Shown here in pieces: positions 18,848 through 27,405 of a DNA stretch of 32,000 bases. The notes under the pieces were generated by a model. It searched no databases. It saw nothing but the letters and a program-made list of their open reading frames with translations, and had not been told where the DNA came from. The position numbers and the translations under genes are program-made. Each line of letters opens with the position of its first letter. Positions within the stretch are counted from its first letter, which is position 1. Source of the stretch: Thermodesulfobacteriota bacterium (GTDB lineage Bacteria > Desulfobacterota > WTBG01 > JAGOGO01); assembly GCA_026625185.1 (NCBI GenBank), contig CP113000.1:2712651-2744650 (forward strand), read 5' to 3'.

Positions 18848-19423
18848 ATGGAAGAAATATTAACTGTTTTTCAAGCGTGCAAATATTGCAATGTTTCCCC
18901 ACAAACCATTATCAACTGGATTGAGTCCGGTCATATCAAAGCCTTTAAAACTGTCGGAGGACATCGGCGCATTAAAAAGACTGACCTTGAAGACTTCATG
19001 AAAAAACAGGGGATTCCTATTCCTGCAGTAGAATTAAAAGAAGAAAGAAAAAAAATTTTGATCGTTGACGATGACCCGATTATTGTTGAAACTATTGTTC
19101 AGGCGTTTGAAGAGGATGAATACAATTATGAGGTTATCTCGGCTGCGGATGGTTTTGAGGCTGGTTTGCAGGTTAACCATTTTAAACCCCACCTTATGAT
19201 TCTGGATATTATGATGCCGGATATCAAAGGGTACGAGGTTTGCAGAAAAATAAAAAGCAATAACGCGACGAAAGATATGAAAATTATTGTGTTGTCTGCG
19301 TATCTCGATGATGAAAAATTCAAAAAAATGAAAGAGTTCGGCGCTGACCTTTGTCTCACCAAACCATTGCCATTGCCTCAGTTAAAAAAGGAGGTAGCCC
19401 GATTGTTGGGTTTAATTTCATAA
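18848..19423 (+). CDS. Response regulator: N-terminal MerR-superfamily/excisionase-type HTH + C-terminal CheY-like receiver
   Basis: The N-terminus LTVFQACKYCNVSPQTIINWIESGHIKAFKTVGGHRRIKKTDLEDF is the HTH_17-type motif. The receiver has ILIVDDD, the phospho-acceptor context LMILDIMMPD, VLSA and TKP. No histidine kinase is present in this window. Confidence 0.8.
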   Translation: MEEILTVFQACKYCNVSPQTIINWIESGHIKAFKTVGGHRRIKKTDLEDFMKKQGIPIPAVELKEERKKILIVDDDPIIVETIVQAFEEDEYNYEVISAADGFEAGLQVNHFKPHLMILDIMMPDIKGYEVCRKIKSNNATKDMKIIVLSAYLDDEKFKKMKEFGADLCLTKPLPLPQLKKEVARLLGLIS

Positions 19424-19460
19424 AAAAACCGGTTTAATCTTTATAGGTATTGCAACCAAA

Positions 19461-20336
19461 ATGAAATTTAACGAATCGCTCAAAAAAGGTAAGTTTGTTG
19501 TTACTTCGGAAATTCATTCACCCCTTAATGATGAACCTCAGGAACTTATAAAAAGCTTGGAATTGGTGAGAGGTCGAGTAGACGGAATTACGGTGCCGGA
19601 AATTGACCTTGAGGGAGTTGTGGGAGATAAAATTTATACCTGTGCCCTTCTTAAACAGAATCGTTTTGAACCGATTTACCAAACGACTACGCGAGATAAA
19701 AACCGAATACAATTACAAAAAGATCTTCTCCTGGCGTATGAGGGAGGAGTAGAAAACCTTCTTGTTTTTACCGAAGATTACCGGATTACCGGAGATAGTC
19801 TCCAGGAAATGATGTTTTTTCATGTGGATGCAGGAAAATTACACTCGGTATTAGAGAACATCCGGGAGGGTCATACGTTAGAGAATAAGGAACTTCCTTT
19901 TAAAGCTGAATTTTTATTGGGTTCCGGGGTTGAGTCCGGATGGGGGAAAAATGTTCCTGAGCTGGAAATGAAAGAGATGGAAGAAATGCTTAAGGTCGGC
20001 ACCGGTTATTTTCTTACCACTCCGATTTTTGATCTCAACCTTTTTGAAAAGTTTATAAAACAGGTACAACCCTTTGGCGTTCCCATCATTGCTGAGGTAA
20101 TGATTTTGCGAACTGCCAGCATGGCTCAATTCCTCAATCGACATTTTAAATCGGGTTTGGTCCCGGAGTGGATGATAACAAAACTTACCAAATCACCTGA
20201 AAAGCAAAAGGCCAGCATTGAAATTTTTGCTGAAACGGTATCCGGCCTTAAAGATTTATGCCAGGGAATACATATAATAACTATCGGTGGTGAAGAAAAG
20301 CTACGATACTATTTAGATGCCGCCAAGTTAATTTGA
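19461..20336 (+). CDS. Divergent MetF-like (methylenetetrahydrofolate reductase family) protein
   Basis: 291 aa and colinear with the MetF at 27406-28293, roughly one third identical by eye. Shared blocks are KFVVTSE, VDGI, EPI.Q.T.RD.NR..LQ.DLL.AY, DL.LF..F and GVP/KV.A.V..L.SA.MA.F. Several conserved positions differ: LTGD becomes FTED, and ITDHQSS becomes VPEIDLE. Confidence 0.65.
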   Translation: MKFNESLKKGKFVVTSEIHSPLNDEPQELIKSLELVRGRVDGITVPEIDLEGVVGDKIYTCALLKQNRFEPIYQTTTRDKNRIQLQKDLLLAYEGGVENLLVFTEDYRITGDSLQEMMFFHVDAGKLHSVLENIREGHTLENKELPFKAEFLLGSGVESGWGKNVPELEMKEMEEMLKVGTGYFLTTPIFDLNLFEKFIKQVQPFGVPIIAEVMILRTASMAQFLNRHFKSGLVPEWMITKLTKSPEKQKASIEIFAETVSGLKDLCQGIHIITIGGEEKLRYYLDAAKLI

Positions 20337-20399
20337 TGGCGGTTGATTCATCGGAGTTAGGGAGAAGCTATCCATTATTTTTAAAGGGGGTATTTCCCT

Positions 20400-23054
20400 T
20401 TGGAAACCATTACCCTAACCATTGACGGAAAACCGGTTAGTTGTATACCGGGAACCAGTATTTTAAATGCAGCTAAAAAGCTTGGCATAAAAATTCCAAC
20501 CCTTTGCAATCATCATGCACTCCCGCCTTTTGGCGCTTGTCGACTTTGTTTGGTTGAGGATGAAAAAACCGGCCGGATCATGTCTTCCTGTGTTACCCCG
20601 GCTTTGCCGGACATGATTGTCCGGACGGACTCGCTGCGGATAAAAAATCACCGGACAAACATCATCCGCCTTTTGATGGCCGAGCATCCTGAATCTTGTC
20701 TTGTCTGTAACAAAGGCAACCGTTGTAAGCTGCGAGAGATTGCCGCTCAGTTGGGTATCAGTCAGACGGATCTTTATTCCATGCCTCATTATAAACCCCT
20801 TGAGCAGGCCAATCCCTTTATTGTCCGGGATTTAAATAAATGCATCCTATGCGGCACCTGTATTCGGGCCGACCATGAATTGGTTTTTGTGGGAGCAATT
20901 GATTATCACCAGCGGGGCTTTCACTGCCGGCCCGCTACTCTGCAAGACCGTCCTTTAGAAGATTCTCAATGTACCCTTTGTGGTACTTGCGTTTCCCTTT
21001 GTCCCACCGGCGCGTTATCAACAAGAAATACTACCTTTCTCGGTTCCCCTGAACAGGAGACATTATCTATCTGCGGCTTTTGTGGGGTTGGGTGTTGTGT
21101 TTCGTTGGGGATTGCCTTTGATCGGGTTGTGGAGAGCAACCCTTCTCACCAGGAAGGCACGGTAAATGGGTCCACGCTTTGTGTTCGCGGACATTTTGCG
21201 CATGACTTTTTAAACTCCGCTGACCGGCTAACCTCTCCTTTAATTCGTCAAAACGACACCAGGATTGCGACTTCCTGGGAGAATGCTTTGGACATTATTA
21301 CCGATCGGTTGTTTTCCCTTAAAAATATTTATGGCCCCCAAAGTATCGCATTTTTAGGTTCTTCAAAATGTACTAATGAAGAAAACTATCTTTTTCAGAA
21401 AATTGCCCGGGTATTTTTAAAAACAAATAACATTGACAATGGAGGTTATGGATCCGGCCGATCCGTTTGGAACGATTTAGTGCAAAAGATCGGGGGCAGT
21501 CGGGTCAACGCTCTTGCTGATCTTGAACATGCGGGAGCTATTTTTCTTTTAGGCGCAGATCCAACTCAATCGACTCCGGTAGTTGGCTATTATATTAAAA
21601 AAGCCGCCAAAAACGGAATTCCCTTAATTATTGCCGACCCGATAATAAACGAATTAGCTTCCTCTGCGACCCTTTGGCTACCCATTAATCCCCACACTGA
21701 GCTTACGCTTATAAATGGAATTTCTTCTTTTCTTTGCGAGCAGAATATGTGTGACACTCAGTTTATCGAGCAGTTTACGGAAGGGTTCAGCCTGTACCGT
21801 GAAAGCCTTGCTTCTATCAATCGTAAAAAGGTTTATGCGAAGATAGGGGTAGGGGAGGAAACATTAAAAAAGACCGCAACATTATTACAAAACAAAAAAA
21901 TCGCTTTTGTAGTGGGGGAAGGGGTAACGCTTCAAAAAAATAGTTCCCAATGCCTGGAAGCCATAGTAAACCTTTCCCTGATGACGGGAAGCCTGAGAGA
22001 CAAAGGGGGAGGACTTTATTTTTTGGCCCGAGAAAACAATCAGTGTGGCGCCGAGGATATGGGGAGCGTACCCGATAGCCTTCCGGGACATGTATCCATC
22101 AAAAACGACCCAGGTCGAAAAGAATGGGAAGGTGCGTGGGGCACCAAACTTTCACCTGATCCAGGGCTTAACCTCGTGCGCATGATCGAGGAAGCAGAAA
22201 ATGGGAATTTAAAAGCATTGTATATCATGGGAGAAAACCCTCTCCGGAGCCTCCCCCAGCCGGAGAAAGTGCGCAAGGCTTTAAGTAACGTAGAATTTAT
22301 CGTGGTGCAAGATATTCTTGATAATGAGACCGCTAAAATTGCCCATGTGATTTTACCGGGTGCGGCCCCCAGCGAAAAAGGAGGGTCGTTTACTAACCTT
22401 GAGGGGAAAATTCAGGGTTTTGAGCCGGCAGTCTCGCCTCCGGGTGATGCCAAACCTGACTGGCAAATTCTTGATTTGCTCTCCGTAAAGATGAAGAATC
22501 AGAAACCATTTGGTTCGCTTAAAAACATAAGAAAGGAGATCCGTAAGCTTATTCCTCTGTATGTTGATATTGGGAAAGAGGGGGCATGGATAAAACAAAC
22601 CGGCCAAACACGGTTTTTTACCTCTGGAAAGAAAGGCGATTTAATTCCCTTTTGTCCGGTCATTTCTATTGACTATGATGCTTCTGAAGCTGATTATCCT
22701 TTTACGGCTCTTTTAGGTTCGGTTCGTTTTCATCTGGGCAGCGGCACAAGAACCAGCCGCTCAGAGCGTATCCGGAATTTTGCTCATAAGGGCCATATCG
22801 AAATTTCTTTTCAGGATGCAAAAAAATTGACCCTTAATGCTGGGGATACTGTTCGCGTTATTTCTCCCTATGGAATCGTGGTAAGGAGAATCACGATAGT
22901 AAACACGTTAAGAGAAGGACTGATTTTTGTGCCGACGGGTTTTAATGCTAATGATGCTCGCAATCTAATCGAATTGTCTTTACTGGAAGAAGCCATTTCT
23001 CCCGGCTGGAAGGAGGTTCGGGTGAAAATTGAAAAGGTGGAGGAAAATTTTTAA
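20400..23054 (+). CDS. FdhA/NuoG-like multi-Fe-S protein with molybdopterin-oxidoreductase fold, lacking the catalytic Cys/Sec-His
   Basis: 884 aa. The N-terminal [2Fe-2S] region is C..CRLCLV..C. It is followed by the His-ligated cluster HPESCLVCNKGNRC and two ferredoxin motifs, CILCGTCIRAD and CTLCGTCVSLCP. Next come the MopB cluster CGFCGVGCCV...LCVRG, the MGD-fold body and the C-terminal beta-barrel (DAKKLTLNAGDTVRVISPYG). Where FDHs have NVD.CAR(V/L)(C/U)H, this protein has NIDNGGYGSGRS (21426-21467). Confidence 0.85.
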   Translation: METITLTIDGKPVSCIPGTSILNAAKKLGIKIPTLCNHHALPPFGACRLCLVEDEKTGRIMSSCVTPALPDMIVRTDSLRIKNHRTNIIRLLMAEHPESCLVCNKGNRCKLREIAAQLGISQTDLYSMPHYKPLEQANPFIVRDLNKCILCGTCIRADHELVFVGAIDYHQRGFHCRPATLQDRPLEDSQCTLCGTCVSLCPTGALSTRNTTFLGSPEQETLSICGFCGVGCCVSLGIAFDRVVESNPSHQEGTVNGSTLCVRGHFAHDFLNSADRLTSPLIRQNDTRIATSWENALDIITDRLFSLKNIYGPQSIAFLGSSKCTNEENYLFQKIARVFLKTNNIDNGGYGSGRSVWNDLVQKIGGSRVNALADLEHAGAIFLLGADPTQSTPVVGYYIKKAAKNGIPLIIADPIINELASSATLWLPINPHTELTLINGISSFLCEQNMCDTQFIEQFTEGFSLYRESLASINRKKVYAKIGVGEETLKKTATLLQNKKIAFVVGEGVTLQKNSSQCLEAIVNLSLMTGSLRDKGGGLYFLARENNQCGAEDMGSVPDSLPGHVSIKNDPGRKEWEGAWGTKLSPDPGLNLVRMIEEAENGNLKALYIMGENPLRSLPQPEKVRKALSNVEFIVVQDILDNETAKIAHVILPGAAPSEKGGSFTNLEGKIQGFEPAVSPPGDAKPDWQILDLLSVKMKNQKPFGSLKNIRKEIRKLIPLYVDIGKEGAWIKQTGQTRFFTSGKKGDLIPFCPVISIDYDASEADYPFTALLGSVRFHLGSGTRTSRSERIRNFAHKGHIEISFQDAKKLTLNAGDTVRVISPYGIVVRRITIVNTLREGLIFVPTGFNANDARNLIELSLLEEAISPGWKEVRVKIEKVEENF

Positions 23055-23539
23055 TGGAACCAAAAAAAATTGACTGGAATAAAATTGGGGCGGTGATTGA
23101 CAAACACCGGGATAATAAATGGGCCCTCATTCCCTTGCTCCAGGAGATTCAGGATGTTTGTGGGTTCATTCCTCCGGATTCAATAGAGCCGGTAGCTGAA
23201 TCTCTTCACCTATCACCAGCGCAGGTGCAAGGAGTCATAACTTTTTATGCGGGCTTCACCTTAAAACCCAAAGGCAAATATGTGATTCGGGTTTGCCGGG
23301 GAACCGCCTGCCATGTAAAAGGGGGCAGGGGAATCTTGAGATTAATGAAAAGAGAATTAGGGCTTCAAGAAGGTGAAACGAGTCCGGATTATCAATTCAC
23401 CCTGGAAACCGTAGCCTGCCTCGGGGCATGTTTTTTAGCTCCCACCATGATGGTTAACCGGACATATTTTGGTAAACTTTCCCCGCCAAAAGTTGCCAGT
23501 GTGTTATCTCAGTATCATAAAGATAAAGGGACTGAATAG
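23054..23539 (+). CDS. NuoE/HydC/FdsG-like thioredoxin-fold [2Fe-2S] protein
   Basis: 161 aa with the cluster ligands CRGTAC...CLGAC. The ATG overlaps the upstream TAA (TAATG at 23052-56). Confidence 0.9.
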   Translation: MEPKKIDWNKIGAVIDKHRDNKWALIPLLQEIQDVCGFIPPDSIEPVAESLHLSPAQVQGVITFYAGFTLKPKGKYVIRVCRGTACHVKGGRGILRLMKRELGLQEGETSPDYQFTLETVACLGACFLAPTMMVNRTYFGKLSPPKVASVLSQYHKDKGTE

Positions 23540-26500
23540 ATGGAACGGCTTCTTTCTATTGGACAAATGGAATGGTTGCGCAACAAGATTCGCTCGCAGG
23601 CGGAGAAACAGAAGAACGTCGTTCTCGTTTGTATGACCGGTTGTCGGGCGTACGGTTCCGCGGATGTAAAAAGCGCACTGGAACAAGAAGTTAAAAGTCA
23701 AGGACTTACCGATCAGGTGGAAGTACGTGCCACGGGTTGCCATGGATTATGTGCCAAAGCTCCGGTGATTGCCATCGAACCCTTGGGAATTCAATATCAA
23801 GAATTAAATTCGGATGACGCTGCCGAAGTTGTCTCGGTAACGTTGAAGAATAATCAGTTTATTGATCGCTTAGCATATAAAGACCCTCAGAGCGGAAAAC
23901 CAATTTTTTATCGAAGTCAGATTCCTTTTTACCTGAAACAAGAGAGAAGAGTTTTATCCAATTGTGGGAAAATTGATCCTACTAAAATCGACCACTATAT
24001 CGCCGCCGGCGGATATCAGGCTTTAGTTAAAGCCCTTTCCCGGATGACTCCGGATGAAGTGATTGAAGAGATAAGCGCCGCAAAATTAAGAGGCCGCGGA
24101 GGAGCCGGCTTTCCCACTGGGACGAAATGGAGGCTTGCCCGCCAGGCTGAAGGAAGTCCGAAATATATCGTATGCAATGCTGACGAGGGTGACCCCGGTG
24201 CTTTTATGGATCGGGCGATGTTGGAAGGTGACCCTCACGCGGTGCTCGAGGGAATGTTGATTGGTGCTTATGCCATGGGAGCAGAATATGGTTTTATTTA
24301 TGTGCGTGAGGAATATCCGATTGCGGTTGAACACCTTGCCAATGCTCTGAGACAAATGAACGAAATCGGCCTTTTAGGTGAAAATATTTTAGGAACCGGT
24401 TTTAATTTCTCTCTTGCTCTTAAAATGGGGGCTGGAGCATTTGTGTGCGGTGAGGAAACAGCGCTGATGGCCTCCATTGAAGGGAAACGAGGTATGCCGA
24501 AAGCACGTCCACCATTTCCTGCACAATCTGGATTAGATGGAAAACCAACCAATATAAATAACGTTGAGACCTGGGCTAATGTTCCTTTGATTATAAAAAA
24601 TGGAGCCGCGTGGTACCAACAGGTGGGAACAGAAAAAAGTAGCGGAACGAAGATTTTTTCCCTAGCGGGAAAAGTAAATAATACGGGCTTGGTGGAGGTA
24701 CCCATTGGGGTGAGTATCAAGGAAGTGGTCTTTGATATTGGCGGGGGTATACCTAAAGGAAGGAAATTTAAGGCAGTCCAGATGGGGGGGCCATCAGGAG
24801 GATGTGTTCCGGCGCAATACTTAAACTTTCCTATTGACTATGACACCTTACAGCGCATTGGGTCAATTATGGGTTCAGGCGGGATGGTCGTGATGGACGA
24901 AAACAATTGTATGGTGGAAATGGCTCGGTACTTTTTAAGCTTTACCCAGTCGGAATCCTGCGGAAAATGTGCTCCCTGTCGGCTGGGGACATCCCAGTTA
25001 CTGAAGATTTTGACCCTGACTACGCAGGGGAAGGGAAGGGTTGAAGATATTGAGACCATCAAGGAAATAGGGAAAACCATGATTGAAACTTCTCTCTGCG
25101 GTCTTGGACAGACCGCTCCCAAGCCTGCCCTTTCCACCGTCAAATATTTCTTGCATGAATATGAGGAACACATTTTAGAACACCGCTGTCCCGGGGCAAC
25201 CTGTGATTCTATGGTGATATCCGCGTGTCAGCATGCCTGTCCCGCGGGTATTGATGTCCCCAATTATGTTGCCGCTATCGCCAGCGAACACTATGAACAG
25301 GCAGTGGAAATCATCCGGGAAAGAAACCCCTTTCCTGCGGTTTGCGGACGGATCTGTGTTCATCCGTGTGAATTTAAGTGTCGTCGGGGCGAACTGGATG
25401 AACCGGTTGCTATTCGTTCTCTTAAACGGTTTGTCGCAGATTGGTATTTTGAGAATATCGGAATAGAAAAAAAACCCTTTCCCACTACTAGGAAACAAAA
25501 GGTAGCTGTGGTGGGAGCCGGTCCGGCTGGGCTAACCTGCGCCTACTTTCTGGCCAAAATGGGTTACAAAGTGACGGTTTTTGAGGCTCAACCAGTAGCC
25601 GGTGGAATGCTTCAGATCGCCGTGCCAGAGTTCCGTCTCCCCCGTGAAGTCATACAAAAGGAGATCGAATACATCGAAAGCTGCGGTGTTGACATTATAT
25701 ATAATTCACCGATTGATGCCCGGCATACGGTCAATGACCTTATGACAGAAGGTTATGATTCGGTTTTTATTGCAGCAGGAGCCCAGGCTAGTAAAAGAAT
25801 CAACATACCTGGTGAAGAAGAAGGCCTGGATGGTCTTTACTATGGTCTTCAATTCTTAATAGACATCAGATCCGGCAATGACTTGAAACTTAGAGGGAAA
25901 GTGCTGGTTCTGGGGGGAGGCAATGTCGCCATTGATGTGGCCAGAACTGCTCTCAGGGTTGGTGCCCGGGATGTTCAAATATACTACCGGAGAACCAGGG
26001 AGGAGATGCCGGCATGGGAAAAAGACATTGAAGAAGCCGTTGAAGAAGGAATCGTTATCAATTCTTCATGTGCTCCCAAGCAGATTATGTATAAGGATGG
26101 TAAAATCACCGGTATCGAATTTGTCCGAAGCAAGACCGTTTTTGATGAAGAGGGTCGTTCTTCTCTGATAGTTAATAAGGAGACAACTCAGATAGTGGAG
26201 GCCGATTCTATCATTATTGCCATCGGCCAAGCTCCTGATATCTCTTTTTTATCTAAAGACAGTCAGCTTGAGAGGGCCCTCTGGGGCAGCCTTGTGGTGA
26301 ACGAAAACAGTCTGGCTACCAACATTCCCGGCGTTTTTGCCGGGGGTGATTTTACCACTGGCCCAAGTATTGCCATAAACGCTATAGCCTTGGGGAGGAG
26401 AGCAGCCTTGGCTATAGCAAAATACCTGAGCGGGGAAAAGGGGAGAGTGGAGATTGCGGATGAAAAGACGGCTATGAAAGAAGATATTGGTTTAGCCTTG

Positions 26501-26713
26501 GAGGAAGAGAGCACAGAGGAAAAGCCGAGGGTCAAGACCTTGCTTGAAAAGCCAGCGGAGAGGATAACGGACTTTAGGGAAGTGGAGAAAGGATTCACCA
26601 CGAAGGATGCCAACAGGGAGGCTATGAGATGCCTCCGGTGCGATTTAGAAGAGAAACAGGAGGAAAAATATGATCAGGTCCATTACTCAAAAAAAAACAG
26701 AGGAAGAACTTGA
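23540..26713 (+). CDS. Fusion protein: NuoF/HydB-like NADH-FMN-[4Fe-4S] module + GltD/NfnB-like FAD/NAD(P)H oxidoreductase module
   Basis: 1057 aa. The N-terminal thioredoxin-like [2Fe-2S] region is CMTGC...GCHGLC. The NuoF core has GRGGAGFPTGTKW, GEETALMASIEGKRG and SCGKCAPCRLG...LCGLG. The GltD N-terminal Fe-S domain is ACQHACPAGIDVP...NPFPAVCGRICVHPCEFKCRRG. Two Rossmann motifs follow, KVAVVGAGPAGL and VLVLGGGNVAIDVA, then VFAGGDFTTGPS. The ATG directly abuts the upstream TAG. Confidence 0.85.
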   Translation: MERLLSIGQMEWLRNKIRSQAEKQKNVVLVCMTGCRAYGSADVKSALEQEVKSQGLTDQVEVRATGCHGLCAKAPVIAIEPLGIQYQELNSDDAAEVVSVTLKNNQFIDRLAYKDPQSGKPIFYRSQIPFYLKQERRVLSNCGKIDPTKIDHYIAAGGYQALVKALSRMTPDEVIEEISAAKLRGRGGAGFPTGTKWRLARQAEGSPKYIVCNADEGDPGAFMDRAMLEGDPHAVLEGMLIGAYAMGAEYGFIYVREEYPIAVEHLANALRQMNEIGLLGENILGTGFNFSLALKMGAGAFVCGEETALMASIEGKRGMPKARPPFPAQSGLDGKPTNINNVETWANVPLIIKNGAAWYQQVGTEKSSGTKIFSLAGKVNNTGLVEVPIGVSIKEVVFDIGGGIPKGRKFKAVQMGGPSGGCVPAQYLNFPIDYDTLQRIGSIMGSGGMVVMDENNCMVEMARYFLSFTQSESCGKCAPCRLGTSQLLKILTLTTQGKGRVEDIETIKEIGKTMIETSLCGLGQTAPKPALSTVKYFLHEYEEHILEHRCPGATCDSMVISACQHACPAGIDVPNYVAAIASEHYEQAVEIIRERNPFPAVCGRICVHPCEFKCRRGELDEPVAIRSLKRFVADWYFENIGIEKKPFPTTRKQKVAVVGAGPAGLTCAYFLAKMGYKVTVFEAQPVAGGMLQIAVPEFRLPREVIQKEIEYIESCGVDIIYNSPIDARHTVNDLMTEGYDSVFIAAGAQASKRINIPGEEEGLDGLYYGLQFLIDIRSGNDLKLRGKVLVLGGGNVAIDVARTALRVGARDVQIYYRRTREEMPAWEKDIEEAVEEGIVINSSCAPKQIMYKDGKITGIEFVRSKTVFDEEGRSSLIVNKETTQIVEADSIIIAIGQAPDISFLSKDSQLERALWGSLVVNENSLATNIPGVFAGGDFTTGPSIAINAIALGRRAALAIAKYLSGEKGRVEIADEKTAMKEDIGLALEEESTEEKPRVKTLLEKPAERITDFREVEKGFTTKDANREAMRCLRCDLEEKQEEKYDQVHYSKKNRGRT

Positions 26714-27323
26714 CCAGCTTTTAACTGGTATAGCCCGGATCTTTATCATTGGTTGCGGAACCTGTGTTACTATGACCCATACAGGAGGAACCCCCGAGGT
26801 AACCGAGATAAAAGAAAAATTGTTAAAAAAAGGAAAGTTGGTTACCGGGGATCTGGTTTTACCGGTTGCCTGTGACAACTTGACGGCCGAGGTCCTTCAT
26901 GAAAATCGATCTAAGATAGACCTGGCCGATGGACTCTTGATCCTGACGTGTGCTTTTGGAGTTCAGACAATTGCTCGCCAGGTAAAAAAAACGACTATTC
27001 CTGGCCTAGACACATTATTTATCGGAAAAGAGACTGGGCTTGGCCAATTCGACGAAATCTGCACCCAATGCGGAAGTTGCATTCTGGGTGAAACAGGAGG
27101 TGTTTGTCCGGTTACCTCTTGCCATAAGGGATTGGTTAATGGCCCTTGTGGAGGAACTAAAAATGGCAAATGTGAAATCGATGAAAAAAAAGATTGCGCC
27201 TGGACATTAATCTACAATCGCTTAAAGGATTTAAACCGTTTGGACTTAATGAAACGCTATCAAAAACCAAAAAATTTCCAAAGGGAACCTCGGCCTGGGA
27301 AATATTGGTTAACTCCAACATAG
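26670..27323 (+). CDS. metV: MetV-like Cys-rich protein (MTHFR C-terminal-domain family)
   Basis: 217 aa. CTQCGSCILGETGGVCPVTSCHKGLVNGPCGGTKNGKCEIDEKKDCAW matches the acetogen MetV / MTHFR_C pattern (CP..C.K.L.NGPCGG...G.CE....C.W). GGAGGA lies 5 nt upstream of the ATG. The gene overlaps the preceding one by 44 nt. Confidence 0.8.
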   Translation: MIRSITQKKTEEELDQLLTGIARIFIIGCGTCVTMTHTGGTPEVTEIKEKLLKKGKLVTGDLVLPVACDNLTAEVLHENRSKIDLADGLLILTCAFGVQTIARQVKKTTIPGLDTLFIGKETGLGQFDEICTQCGSCILGETGGVCPVTSCHKGLVNGPCGGTKNGKCEIDEKKDCAWTLIYNRLKDLNRLDLMKRYQKPKNFQREPRPGKYWLTPT

Positions 27324-27405
27324 AAAAATTAAATAATACTTTATAATCATTTTGTTTTATTGGATTATTAAAGTAAATTATCATTTAATAAAGAAAGGAG
27401 ACTTG

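Noticed and set aside
20400-23054. Calling this gene a bona fide (seleno)formate dehydrogenase alpha subunit
   Set aside because: There is no in-frame TGA. The catalytic CAR(V/L)(C/U)H block is replaced by GGYGSG, so I call it FdhA/NuoG-like only.
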